Shown here piece by piece: positions 17,363 through 25,107 of a stretch of DNA of 64,000 bases. Source of the DNA: an uncultured Candidatus Saccharibacteria bacterium (GTDB lineage: Bacteria; Patescibacteriota; Saccharimonadia; Saccharimonadales; Saccharimonadaceae); the NCBI GenBank assembly GCA_963532835.1, contig CAUSLL010000002.1, positions 95 to 64,094 of the forward strand. Direction: 5' to 3'. The notes beneath the pieces were generated by a model. That model saw only the letters and a list, made by a program, of their open reading frames with translations, made no database searches and had not been told where the DNA came from. A program made the position numbers and the translations under genes. Numbering within the stretch: the first letter of the stretch is position 1; the number at the start of each line of letters is the position of its first letter.

Positions 17363-17384
17363 AAATATATAGGAATCAGATCAT

Positions 17385-19940
17385 ATGCAATTAGCCAAAC
17401 AATACATTCCAAATGACTACGAACCAGATATTTATGCCCTGTGGGAGACGAGCAATTCTTTTGCGCCCACAGGTGAAGGTAAGCCGTACAGTATCGTCAT
17501 GCCGCCACCAAACGCCAACGGCAACCTACACATCGGACACGCGCTTGATATGAACCTGAAGGATATCTTGATCCGCTATCATAGGCTCAAGGGCGATGAT
17601 GCAGTGTTTATCCCCGGTGCCGACCATGCTGGCTTTGAAACATGGGTAGTCTACGAAAAAGAGCTGGCAAAGCAGGGTAAAAGTCGCTTTGATTTTTCGC
17701 GAGAACAATTGTACAGCCAAGTATGGAACTTTGTCCAAGAAAAGCGTGGCAATATGGAATTACAGCTACGCGCCTTGGGCACCAGCGCCTCCTGGAAGCA
17801 CCTTACATTCACTCTAGACGACAAGGTGATACAGACGGTGTACGACACCTTCAAACAGATGTGGGAAGATGATCTGATTTACCGTGGCGAACGAATCGTT
17901 AACTACTGTACTGTTCACCAAACTAGCTTCGCCGATATCGAGGTCGAGCACAAAACAGAGAAGGGGACGTTATGGAAAATAGCTTACCCAACCCTGGACA
18001 AAATTGGTGAAATCGTAGTTGCCACCACCCGTCCTGAGACCATGCTTGGTGACGTAGCGGTAGCTGTTCACCCTGATGACGAGCGCTACAAAAAGCTCAT
18101 CGGCACCCGCATTCTCCTGCCAATCATCGACCGAGAAATCCCCATCATCGCCGACGAATACGTTGACATGAGTTACGGTACCGGAGCCGTCAAAATAACT
18201 CCAGCGCATGATCCAAACGACTTTGAGATGGCAGAACGCCATGGTCTACCAGTCAAAAGCATCATCAGCCATGATGGCAAATTGATCAATGTGCCGCCAC
18301 AATTCTTAGGTCTAGATCCGCAAGAAGCAAGACGCCGCATCCTAGCAGCCCTAGAAGCCATGGAGCTACGCCGCGGTGAATCTAGTATTGAACACGCTGT
18401 CGGTCATTGTTACAAGTGCGGCACCGTCATCGAACCAATGGTGAAAGAGCAGTGGTTCATCAAGATGCAACCACTAGCCAAGCCAGCCATCGAGGCGCTA
18501 GAGAAGGGGGAGATTACCTTCCATCCAGCCTCAAAGCGCAAAGAGCTCATCGCCTACCTGGAGCAACTCAAGGATTGGAATATCTCTCGACAAATCCCAT
18601 GGGGCATCCCAATCCCAGCGTTTGTCAATGAGACCGACTCAAACGACTGGATCTTCGACACCCGGGTAACCGAAAAGCGTATTGTTGTAAATGGAACAAC
18701 ATATATCAGAGAAGAAGATACCTTTGACACCTGGTTCTCATCTGGGCAGTGGCCATACATCGTCACCGATTACCTCAATGGCGGAGAACTAGCCAAATAC
18801 TTCCCAACCAGCTTGATGGAGACCGGTATGGATATCATGCGAGCATGGGTGTCACGCATGATTATGCTCAGCCTGTACCGCACCGGCAAACTACCATTCA
18901 AGGACGTTTATCTGCACGGTATGGTCAACGACGAGCATAATCAAAAAATGTCCAAATCCAAGGGCAATGTCATCAACCCAATGGAACTAGTCTCAGAATT
19001 TGGTTCAGACGCCACCCGCATGGGTATCATCGCCGGCCGCGCACCAGCCCAACATCAAGCCTTCAATAGAGGTGCGGTCATCGCTGCTCGCAACTTCTGC
19101 AACAAGCTATGGAACATTGCTCGCTTTGTTGAATCGCAAATTGGCGACAACCACGTCATCGTACCACTACAGCCACAAACCCCAGCTGACCACTGGATTA
19201 TCCGCCAGCTGAATGACGCCGCCAACAACATCGCCGTTCGCTTGGAACAATACCGCTTTTCTGAGGCCGCCGAAACGGTCTACCACGCCATCTGGGACGA
19301 CGTCGCCGATTGGTATATCGAATCATCAAAAACCGCCATCAACCGCCCATTATTGTCGTGGGTGCTGGCAACCAGCCTGAGGATTACTCATCCATTCGCA
19401 CCATTCGTCACTGAGACAATTTGGCAGACGCTCAACTACACCGATGGTATTCTGATGCGTGACTCTTGGCCAACGCCAGAGAAATATGACGAGATTGAAG
19501 CTGAACAATTTGAACGAATCAAAGAATTAGTCTCCGAAGGTCGCTGGGTGATTACAGAGCTACCAGGCAATAAAAAATATCGCTTACTATACGGCAACGA
19601 CAGTTTAGTCAAAGAAAATGCCGACACCATCAAACATCTCATGCGCCTTGCCTCAATTGAACACACCGACCAACCACGTGGTCTCAGGCTAGCCGCAGCG
19701 AACAGGGAGGTATGGCTGGATATCGATGATGAAACACTTTACCAGCACCAAACTGAGCTGGAAATGCGCCTCGCAGAAGCCCGAAAACGCCTCGAGGGGC
19801 TTGAAGCGCGTATCAACAATCCGTCCTACGCTGAAAAAGCACCAGCCCACTTAGTGGAAGAGACTCGCCAACACATCACAGAGCAACAGGCGCTCATTAA
19901 GCGGCTAGTTACCGAGTTGGAAGTTATCAAATTTAACTAA
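17385..19940 (+). CDS. valS: valine--tRNA ligase
   Basis: 851 aa. HIGH motif PPPNANGNLHIGHAL, KMSKS motif KMSKSKGN, and a C-terminal coiled-coil typical of ValRS. Confidence 0.95.
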   Translation: MQLAKQYIPNDYEPDIYALWETSNSFAPTGEGKPYSIVMPPPNANGNLHIGHALDMNLKDILIRYHRLKGDDAVFIPGADHAGFETWVVYEKELAKQGKSRFDFSREQLYSQVWNFVQEKRGNMELQLRALGTSASWKHLTFTLDDKVIQTVYDTFKQMWEDDLIYRGERIVNYCTVHQTSFADIEVEHKTEKGTLWKIAYPTLDKIGEIVVATTRPETMLGDVAVAVHPDDERYKKLIGTRILLPIIDREIPIIADEYVDMSYGTGAVKITPAHDPNDFEMAERHGLPVKSIISHDGKLINVPPQFLGLDPQEARRRILAALEAMELRRGESSIEHAVGHCYKCGTVIEPMVKEQWFIKMQPLAKPAIEALEKGEITFHPASKRKELIAYLEQLKDWNISRQIPWGIPIPAFVNETDSNDWIFDTRVTEKRIVVNGTTYIREEDTFDTWFSSGQWPYIVTDYLNGGELAKYFPTSLMETGMDIMRAWVSRMIMLSLYRTGKLPFKDVYLHGMVNDEHNQKMSKSKGNVINPMELVSEFGSDATRMGIIAGRAPAQHQAFNRGAVIAARNFCNKLWNIARFVESQIGDNHVIVPLQPQTPADHWIIRQLNDAANNIAVRLEQYRFSEAAETVYHAIWDDVADWYIESSKTAINRPLLSWVLATSLRITHPFAPFVTETIWQTLNYTDGILMRDSWPTPEKYDEIEAEQFERIKELVSEGRWVITELPGNKKYRLLYGNDSLVKENADTIKHLMRLASIEHTDQPRGLRLAAANREVWLDIDDETLYQHQTELEMRLAEARKRLEGLEARINNPSYAEKAPAHLVEETRQHITEQQALIKRLVTELEVIKFN

Positions 19941-20293
19941 AAACAAATCTTACCGATACACAAGCGTTGCCCATCAAACTCAGGACCGCCATTGCCCTGG
20001 GCACGCTTAACTTTCATATATTTTCGGTCATCATTACGCGGTGTCGAACGTGGGTTTGCTGATCCATCATGAATGATACTACTCAGTGATGTATGTTCCG
20101 GGTGTGTATGCGCTGATGAGCCAATCCTCGTCGTTTTCATACCATCGTCACCCGTTGATCCCTGAAAATCAACTGTACTAAATACTGATACCACCGCCTT
20201 ATCCACGTGGGTGTCGTGCATCAGTACACCACAAGCAGTAGTCAGGCTCACAAATATGGTAAATTGTGTAATAATCTGTTGTAATATATTCAT
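19937..20293 (-). CDS. small hypothetical exported protein
   Basis: 118 aa with an N-terminal hydrophobic segment ending LTTAC. A near-consensus promoter lies upstream. Its stop overlaps the valS stop (convergent). Confidence 0.5.
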   Translation of the reverse strand: MNILQQIITQFTIFVSLTTACGVLMHDTHVDKAVVSVFSTVDFQGSTGDDGMKTTRIGSSAHTHPEHTSLSSIIHDGSANPRSTPRNDDRKYMKVKRAQGNGGPEFDGQRLCIGKICF

Positions 20294-20349
20294 TTATCTC
20301 TCTGTTTATGTTTTATTAACGCGCACCAAGCGCTGTTAAACTGATTATC

Positions 20350-20378
20350 ATATTAGCATAAGTTTTATTTTATGTCAA
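20350..20378 (-). promoter_or_regulatory. promoter TTGACA-17-TAATAT for the 118-aa gene
   Basis: Minus strand: TTGACA (20378-20373), 17-nt spacer, TAATAT (20355-20350). Confidence 0.5.
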
Positions 20379-20401
20379 GTATATTTCACGTCAATGGCAA
20401 A

Positions 20402-20425
20402 TAAAAAACACCCACTTGAGGTGTT
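20402..20425 (-). terminator. intrinsic terminator after tRNA-Ser(TGA)
   Basis: Minus-strand ACACC-7 nt-GGUGU followed by UUUUUUAUUU, 12 nt past the tRNA 3' end. Confidence 0.5.
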
Positions 20426-20437
20426 TACGTATCATTC

Positions 20438-20527
20438 TGGCGGAAGGGGAGGGATTCGAACCCTCGGTACGTTTTACCGCACGCCGGTTTTCAAGACCGG
20501 TACCTTCAACCACTCGGTCACCCTTCC
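20438..20527 (-). tRNA. tRNA-Ser (anticodon TGA), CCA encoded
   Basis: Reverse complement GGAAGGGTGACCGAGTGG...CCGGT-CTTGAAA-ACCGG...GGTTCGAATCCCTCCCCTTCCGCCA, with a long variable arm. Confidence 0.9.
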
Positions 20528-20609
20528 AGAAATCTGTTCACATTATACCACACTCCTGTTCACAAATAAAAATTCCCAACCCGTAAGTTGAGAATTTCAT
20601 ATCAGTTCC

Positions 20610-20702
20610 TGGCGGAGGAGGGGAGATTCGAACTCCCGCTACAGATCTCTCCGTACTAACGATTTAGCAAACCGTCCCCTTCAGCCACTTGGGTACTCCT
20701 CC
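20610..20702 (-). tRNA. tRNA-Ser (anticodon GCT), CCA encoded
   Basis: Reverse complement GGAGGAGTACCCAAGTGG...ACGGT-TTGCTAA-ATCGT...AGTTCGAATCTCCCCTCCTCCGCCA, with a long variable arm. Confidence 0.9.
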
Positions 20703-20761
20703 AAAATGTACACCATGAAACCTGGTTACATTGTACCACACCTGTACAAAATACCATAGCG

Positions 20762-20790
20762 TTGACTTTTTAATACCAAACAAGGATAAT
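20762..20790 (+). promoter_or_regulatory. promoter TTGACT-17-GATAAT, 9 nt upstream of the orphan pilin ATG
   Basis: TTGACT 20762-20767 and GATAAT 20785-20790. ATG at 20800 with no SD. Confidence 0.5.
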
Positions 20791-20799
20791 ATAACTATT

Positions 20800-21201
20800 A
20801 TGAAGAAGTTTCTAACTGTTGGCGCAAGCATCATCATAACAACCATGTTAGCATTGACCATCACTGGTCTACCAGCTCTGGCACTTGGTGAGGGTGGTTT
20901 TGCAGAAGGTGTAGAGGCAGCTCGTGGCAACGGTGTGCCAACCAACCTGTGGAATGGTGACAGCTCTCTGGTGCGTCGGGTTATCAACTTCATGCTGATC
21001 GGTATCGCTGTGGTCAGCGTGGTGATGCTTATCTTTGGTGGTTTTCGTTACGTCATATCTGGTGGACGGAAGGAATCAGTTACTGCCGCCAAAAACACCA
21101 TCTTGTATGCTGTGATTGGTCTATTGATTGCTCTTTTCGCCTATGCCATCATCAAGTTTGTCATCAACTTCGCCGTCAGCGGTGGCTCTACTGACGTCTA
21201 G
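20800..21201 (+). CDS. VirB2/TrbC-like T4SS pilin paralog P1 (orphan copy)
   Basis: 133 aa from MKKFLTVGASIIITTMLALTITGLPALALG (signal peptide). Two-TM hairpin with the loop GGFRYVISGGRKESVTAAKNTILYAVIGLLIALFAYAII shared with the 24.3-26.2 kb array. Confidence 0.7.
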   Translation: MKKFLTVGASIIITTMLALTITGLPALALGEGGFAEGVEAARGNGVPTNLWNGDSSLVRRVINFMLIGIAVVSVVMLIFGGFRYVISGGRKESVTAAKNTILYAVIGLLIALFAYAIIKFVINFAVSGGSTDV

Positions 21202-21233
21202 TCTACACATTATGCTCATGGTATACTAAAACC

Positions 21234-21731
21234 ATGGAAGCAGAACCAACCAAAACAACAACTCATGACCTGTCTGAACCATTTTCTTGGCACGCCCCAG
21301 AGACCAGAGGTCCAGCACGTGGTCTAGGCTGGTATCTATCATTTGCCGTGGTCATCATGGCACTCATGGCACTGTCTGTTTTTTGGATAAAAAGCTGGAC
21401 ATTCACGGTGTTAATACCCATCATGGCGGTAGCGTTACTATCTCTGTCTACCAAGACTCCTCGCATGATCAACTATGCCATTAGCCCCAAAGGTGTTTAT
21501 GTGGCGGACAAGTTATACGATTTTAGTGAATTCAAGGCTTTTGGTGTTATCGAATATCAAGGTCAATTCTCAGTATTACTACTTCCCGTTAAACGTTTCT
21601 CACCGGGGCTAACTATCTACTTTTCAGAGGCGGAAGGGGAAACCATTGTCGATATGTTAGGTACACGTCTCCCCATGCAAGAGATAAAACCAGACGCTTT
21701 GGAAAAACTCATCCGAATCATCAAGCTTTAG
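21234..21731 (+). CDS. hypothetical 2-TM membrane protein with C-terminal soluble domain
   Basis: 165-aa ORF with two adjacent hydrophobic helices (aa ~33-75) followed by a ~90-aa domain. Function unknown. Confidence 0.55.
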   Translation: MEAEPTKTTTHDLSEPFSWHAPETRGPARGLGWYLSFAVVIMALMALSVFWIKSWTFTVLIPIMAVALLSLSTKTPRMINYAISPKGVYVADKLYDFSEFKAFGVIEYQGQFSVLLLPVKRFSPGLTIYFSEAEGETIVDMLGTRLPMQEIKPDALEKLIRIIKL

Positions 21732-21846
21732 CTTGCTCTTAGCTTTTGATATGTGTTAGAATGTAAAAGTTCGATGTTCATGATGTGAGCAGAGAAGGTA
21801 CCTTATATTTTTGTTATGGCCAATCGGTTTTGCCGAAAGGCTGTAT

Positions 21847-21923
21847 GCACCCGTAGCTCAGCTGGATAGAGCGTTGGCTTGCGGAGCCAAAGGTCGTACG
21901 TTCGAATCGTGCCGGGTGTACCA
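21847..21923 (+). tRNA. tRNA-Arg with genomically encoded anticodon GCG, CCA encoded
   Basis: GCACCCG-TA-GCTC-AGCTGGATA-GAGC-G-TTGGC-TTGCGGA-GCCAA-AGGTC-GTACG-TTCGAAT-CGTGC-CGGGTGT-ACCA. Folded by hand; loop UU-GCG-GA. Confidence 0.85.
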
Positions 21924-21935
21924 ATTAGCATTATC

Positions 21936-21970
21936 AAAATAGCTCTTCGTCATGGAAGAGCTATTTTTAT
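21936..21970. terminator. bidirectional intrinsic terminator
   Basis: AAAATAGCTCTTC-GTCATG-GAAGAGCTATTTT forms a perfect 13-bp stem with flanking A and T tracts. Confidence 0.65.
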
Positions 21971-21989
21971 TCTGAACCACTCCCGTGGA

Positions 21990-22244
21990 TTATTCTTCTG
22001 TCGGCTCCTCTTTAAAAGACGGTTCAGACAACCTAACTGTGTTCTCAAAATGATCTACCTCAATGGAGTCTGCAGTATCAGCAGCAAGAAGTGCATCTGG
22101 CGCAGAAATACCGTATTCTTTTGCCATTACATCAAGAAATTGAACGGTATTAACCGCCGCCCCTCCTAAGCCCCTAATAACCTCCTTTGCAACTTCAATA
22201 TAGTGAGGTAACTTTTCATAGTCTAAACCATAGTTAAAACCCAT
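21990..22244 (-). CDS. hypothetical small acidic protein
   Basis: 84-aa ORF between a terminator and a tRNA. No recognisable motif. Confidence 0.4.
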   Translation of the reverse strand: MGFNYGLDYEKLPHYIEVAKEVIRGLGGAAVNTVQFLDVMAKEYGISAPDALLAADTADSIEVDHFENTVRLSEPSFKEEPTEE

Positions 22245-22303
22245 ATTATCATCTCCTTTTTACCATATTTCAACATTATTATATCATACTATTCATCTCT
22301 GGT

Positions 22304-22330
22304 AAAACAAAACCCTCACAGAGGTGAGGG
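22304..22330 (-). terminator. intrinsic terminator after tRNA-Ser(CGA)
   Basis: Minus-strand CCCUCAC-CUCU-GUGAGGG followed by UUUUGUUUU. Confidence 0.55.
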
Positions 22331-22346
22331 CTGACTAAACATTTCA

Positions 22347-22435
22347 TGGCGGAGAGAGAGGGATTCGAACCCTCGAAGCCTTGCCGGCTTACCGCTTTTC
22401 GAGAGCGGCCAGTTCAACCACTCCTGCACCTCTCC
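22347..22435 (-). tRNA. tRNA-Ser (anticodon CGA), CCA encoded
   Basis: Reverse complement GGAGAGGTGCAGGAGTGG...CCGCT-CTCGAAA-AGCGG...GGTTCGAATCCCTCTCTCTCCGCCA. Confidence 0.9.
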
Positions 22436-22485
22436 GTGATTGACTTTTTCATTATACCAGAGGTTGGGTTATACTTGCAGTAGTT

Positions 22486-22941
22486 ATGCTCAAAATTATC
22501 ACAATCGGCAAGAAAAATAATCCCTGGGTCATGGACGGCCTAGAATACTATCAGAAGCGCCTGAGAGCTCCGTGGAATGTTGAATGGGTATTGTTGGCTA
22601 ATTCTTCATTCGAAGGCTCCAGAGCGCGCCAGGAAGAGTCTGAGCGGATACTCAAGCAAATCAAACCAGACCATTTTGTCATTTTACTGGACGAAAGAGG
22701 TAATAATCTATCGTCTCCTGAACTGTCAGCTCTCCTAGAAGAGCAGTTCACCCACAGTCAGCCAGTGGTCATCATCATCGGCGGGGCATTTGGTGTTTCT
22801 TCAGAACTACGCGAGCGGGCTGATATCGTTTGGTCGCTGTCAAAGCTAGTATTTCCGCATCAACTTGTACGTCTAGTCCTGACAGAGCAACTCTATCGCG
22901 CCCAAGAAATCGCCAAAGGTAGCGGATATCACCACGTCTAA
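22486..22941 (+). CDS. rlmH: 23S rRNA (pseudouridine1915-N3)-methyltransferase (SPOUT)
   Basis: 151 aa. N-terminus MLKIITIGKK...YYQKRL and C-terminal SLSKLVFPHQLVRLVLTEQLYRA are typical of RlmH. Confidence 0.88.
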   Translation: MLKIITIGKKNNPWVMDGLEYYQKRLRAPWNVEWVLLANSSFEGSRARQEESERILKQIKPDHFVILLDERGNNLSSPELSALLEEQFTHSQPVVIIIGGAFGVSSELRERADIVWSLSKLVFPHQLVRLVLTEQLYRAQEIAKGSGYHHV

Positions 22942-22955
22942 TCAGCTGTGGTTTC

Positions 22956-23621
22956 TTATGAAGTCTGCCGCGTCAGGACTATGACCGTTACAGAGGTAGC
23001 GCCCGCTTGCCGCAAACAGTGAGCAGCCTCCCGCACTGTAGCACCAGTGGTGAAAATGTCATCCACCAGACAGTAATGTTTGGCTGGATCGATATCACCC
23101 ACCACCCGGAAAAACTCTTTTGCCTGCAATCTCCGCTGTTTGGCTGATATAGCAAAATGCTGCGTGACGTTATTGCATCGCTGAAGCACTTGCTCAACAG
23201 GGATTCTCCTGGCGCGCCCCAACTGGCGACAAATCAGCTTCATATGATCGTATCCTCTAATGCGCGTGTTTCGTGGTGTGGTCGGAATAGGAACTAGTAC
23301 GCTATTAGCTGGCAGCTGTGGCAGCAATGCATCAGTGATATCCACCAAATCGTTGATAACAGCTCGTTTGCGTTCAAACTTGAGCGCGTCAATTGCCCGC
23401 AATACCGCGCCTTTCCTACGTAACAAACAATAAATACGTCGAACAGGGAAGTGATGTCTACCACAATAATTACTATATTTAGGCCGCCGATCGCACAATA
23501 CACATGTGGTATAGTTCATCTGTATGATGTGTTTTTTACATTTTTGGCAAATAGTTTGACCAGTTTTTCCACACCCATAACAGTAGTGAGGAGCAATAAC
23601 TGACAATACCTTATCAAACAT
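22956..23621 (-). CDS. comF: ComF family protein (phosphoribosyltransferase-like, competence-associated)
   Basis: 221 aa. N-terminal Cys-rich zinc-finger-like CYGCG...CQKCKKH...CVLC. C-terminal PRTase motif LVDDIFTTGAT. Confidence 0.8.
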   Translation of the reverse strand: MFDKVLSVIAPHYCYGCGKTGQTICQKCKKHIIQMNYTTCVLCDRRPKYSNYCGRHHFPVRRIYCLLRRKGAVLRAIDALKFERKRAVINDLVDITDALLPQLPANSVLVPIPTTPRNTRIRGYDHMKLICRQLGRARRIPVEQVLQRCNNVTQHFAISAKQRRLQAKEFFRVVGDIDPAKHYCLVDDIFTTGATVREAAHCLRQAGATSVTVIVLTRQTS

Positions 23622-23651
23622 TGTATTTTTTACGTTTTTTACCTTTCACTG

Positions 23652-23680
23652 TTGATTATAACGCACATAACCGTTATACT
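23652..23680 (+). promoter_or_regulatory. hsp20 promoter TTGATT-17-TATACT containing inverted repeat TATAACG-N8-CGTTATA
   Basis: -35 at 23652-23657 and -10 at 23675-23680. The 7-bp inverted arms at 23657-23663 and 23672-23678 span the promoter spacer. Confidence 0.45.
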
Positions 23681-23726
23681 AATAGGGAACATTGTCAATT
23701 GAGCCAAATAGAGTGGAGGAACAACT

Positions 23727-24200
23727 ATGGCCCGGAAACAGGACGATAATTTATTTACAGATGACGATTTGACTGCTGCATTTTTGGATGAAGCTGATTT
23801 GTCAGCTCCAGCACCAGCAGCAGCACCAACCATAACTGCCGCTGAAGACAACTGGGAAGAGGACGCTGATGACCTGATGGGTCAGTTGGCGGTTGACGTT
23901 TTTGAGACCGAAGGAGAATTGGTCATCAAAGCGCGCACCGCCGGTGTTGACCGCAACGACCTGGATGTCAGCATCTCTGATGGCATCTTGACCATCTCTG
24001 GTACCTTGTCTAGTGGTGACGAGACTGAAGTTAACAACTGGCACATTCAAGAATGTTACTGGGGCGAATTTAGGCGCACCCTGGCTCTTCCAGTTGCAGT
24101 CAAGGAAGAGGGTGTGAAAGCAGAACTAAAAGACGGCGTATTGACAATCACCTTTGAAAAAGTAAAGCAAGAAAAAGCTAAGAAGATTCAAGTTCTGTAA
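23727..24200 (+). CDS. Hsp20/alpha-crystallin small heat-shock protein
   Basis: 157 aa with an alpha-crystallin domain (LAVDVFETEGELVIKARTAGV...GVLTITFEK). GGAGGA SD upstream. Confidence 0.9.
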   Translation: MARKQDDNLFTDDDLTAAFLDEADLSAPAPAAAPTITAAEDNWEEDADDLMGQLAVDVFETEGELVIKARTAGVDRNDLDVSISDGILTISGTLSSGDETEVNNWHIQECYWGEFRRTLALPVAVKEEGVKAELKDGVLTITFEKVKQEKAKKIQVL

Positions 24201-24220
24201 CCAGTCACTAATTTCTACTA

Positions 24221-24250
24221 AAAACACCAGCCGTAATGACTGGTGTTTTT
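24221..24250. terminator. bidirectional intrinsic terminator between hsp20 and pilin P2
   Basis: AAAACACCAG-9 nt-CTGGTGTTTT. Confidence 0.6.
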
Positions 24251-24268
24251 GAAATGTAACTGAGTGAA

Positions 24269-24649
24269 TTAGTTACCAGTAACCTTATTGACCACGAAGT
24301 TAACGATAGCGTAGGCAAAGATTGCAATCAACAAACCAATCAAGGAGTACATGATAGTGTTCTTAGCAGATGTCACCTTAGCGCTGTCACCATTGGATGT
24401 GGTGTACTTGAAACCACCAAGGATCAACATAAACACAGAGACAATCGCAATGGCCATCAATGCAAAGTTAATTGACTTTGAGATGATGTCGTCAACGTTA
24501 GCAGTAGCACCGGTGTTGGCGTTTTGAACCTTATTCAAACCTTCTCGAACCTGGGCAAATGCGTTATCACCAGAAGCCAAAAATACTACACCCATGACCA
24601 ACATAGGAAGGGCAAACGCGCCAGCTATTTTAATAATGGTTTTTTTCAT
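24269..24649 (-). CDS. VirB2/TrbC-like T4SS pilin paralog P2
   Basis: 126 aa with a signal peptide ...GDNAFA. Loop motif GGFKYTTSNGDSAKVTSAKNTIMYSLIGLLIAIFAYAIV. Own extended -10 (TGGTATAAT, 24695-24703 minus). Confidence 0.7.
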   Translation of the reverse strand: MKKTIIKIAGAFALPMLVMGVVFLASGDNAFAQVREGLNKVQNANTGATANVDDIISKSINFALMAIAIVSVFMLILGGFKYTTSNGDSAKVTSAKNTIMYSLIGLLIAIFAYAIVNFVVNKVTGN

Positions 24650-24735
24650 GAATTTCGTTTCCTTTCCTTGGGAAATTGATTGTTATTTTACTTCATTATA
24701 CCATATTTTACTATTTGTCTATACCATGTTGACCT

Positions 24736-25107
24736 CTATTGGACGATGCTGCGAAATACATAATCAACAATACCGTAAGCAAGGGCAGAGATGATCACGC
24801 CGATGATGGCATACAGAATGGTGTTTTTAGCAGAGCTCAGTTTGGCGCTGTCACCGTTGGATGTGCTGTATTTCAACCCACCAATAATAACCATCACGAC
24901 GGATACGATACCAGAGATAATCAGCAGATATCTGATGACTGTTTTGATGACAGGATCGACCGACTCGCTGCTATTGGCGCAAACAATGTTGTTTGGATCA
25001 GTACTACAAGCATCATAAATTCCAACCGCCAAAGCAGCTTGTGACAGTAAAAATCCACCGACCATGACAAAGGCCAGAGCAGTGGTAATAGTTACGATTT
25101 TTTTCAT
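24736..25107 (-). CDS. VirB2/TrbC-like T4SS pilin paralog P3
   Basis: 123 aa with a signal peptide ...SQAALA. Motif GGLKYSTSNGDSAKLSSAKNTILYAIIGVIISALAYGIV. Its start overlaps the P4 stop (TAATG). Confidence 0.7.
   Translation of the reverse strand: MKKIVTITTALAFVMVGGFLLSQAALAVGIYDACSTDPNNIVCANSSESVDPVIKTVIRYLLIISGIVSVVMVIIGGLKYSTSNGDSAKLSSAKNTILYAIIGVIISALAYGIVDYVFRSIVQ

Noticed and set aside
17226-17384. T-box riboswitch upstream of valS
   Set aside because: The leader is only about 120 nt. It lacks the conserved T-box sequence (AGGGUGGNACCGCG-like), an identifiable specifier loop with a GUN codon, and a terminator/antiterminator pair. I kept it as an unclassified structured leader instead.
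20394-20993. ORF-track entries 20394-20591 (+) and 20664-20993 (-), 65 and 109 aa
   Set aside because: Both lie directly over tRNA-Ser(TGA) and tRNA-Ser(GCT). The same applies to 3255-3530 (tRNA-Ser GGA), 21879-22169 (tRNA-Arg plus terminator) and 26383-26682 (tRNA-Asp). Their protein sequences are low-quality read-through of structured RNA genes.
24351-24890. Nucleotide similarity between pilin genes P2 and P3 as a substrate for gene conversion or phase variation
   Set aside because: A hand alignment of the hairpin-coding segment gives about 80% identity over 70 nt, and the longest perfect run is 11 nt. That fits purifying selection on a conserved peptide and is too short and interrupted for efficient homologous recombination. 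No invertible-repeat or homopolymer tract was seen.
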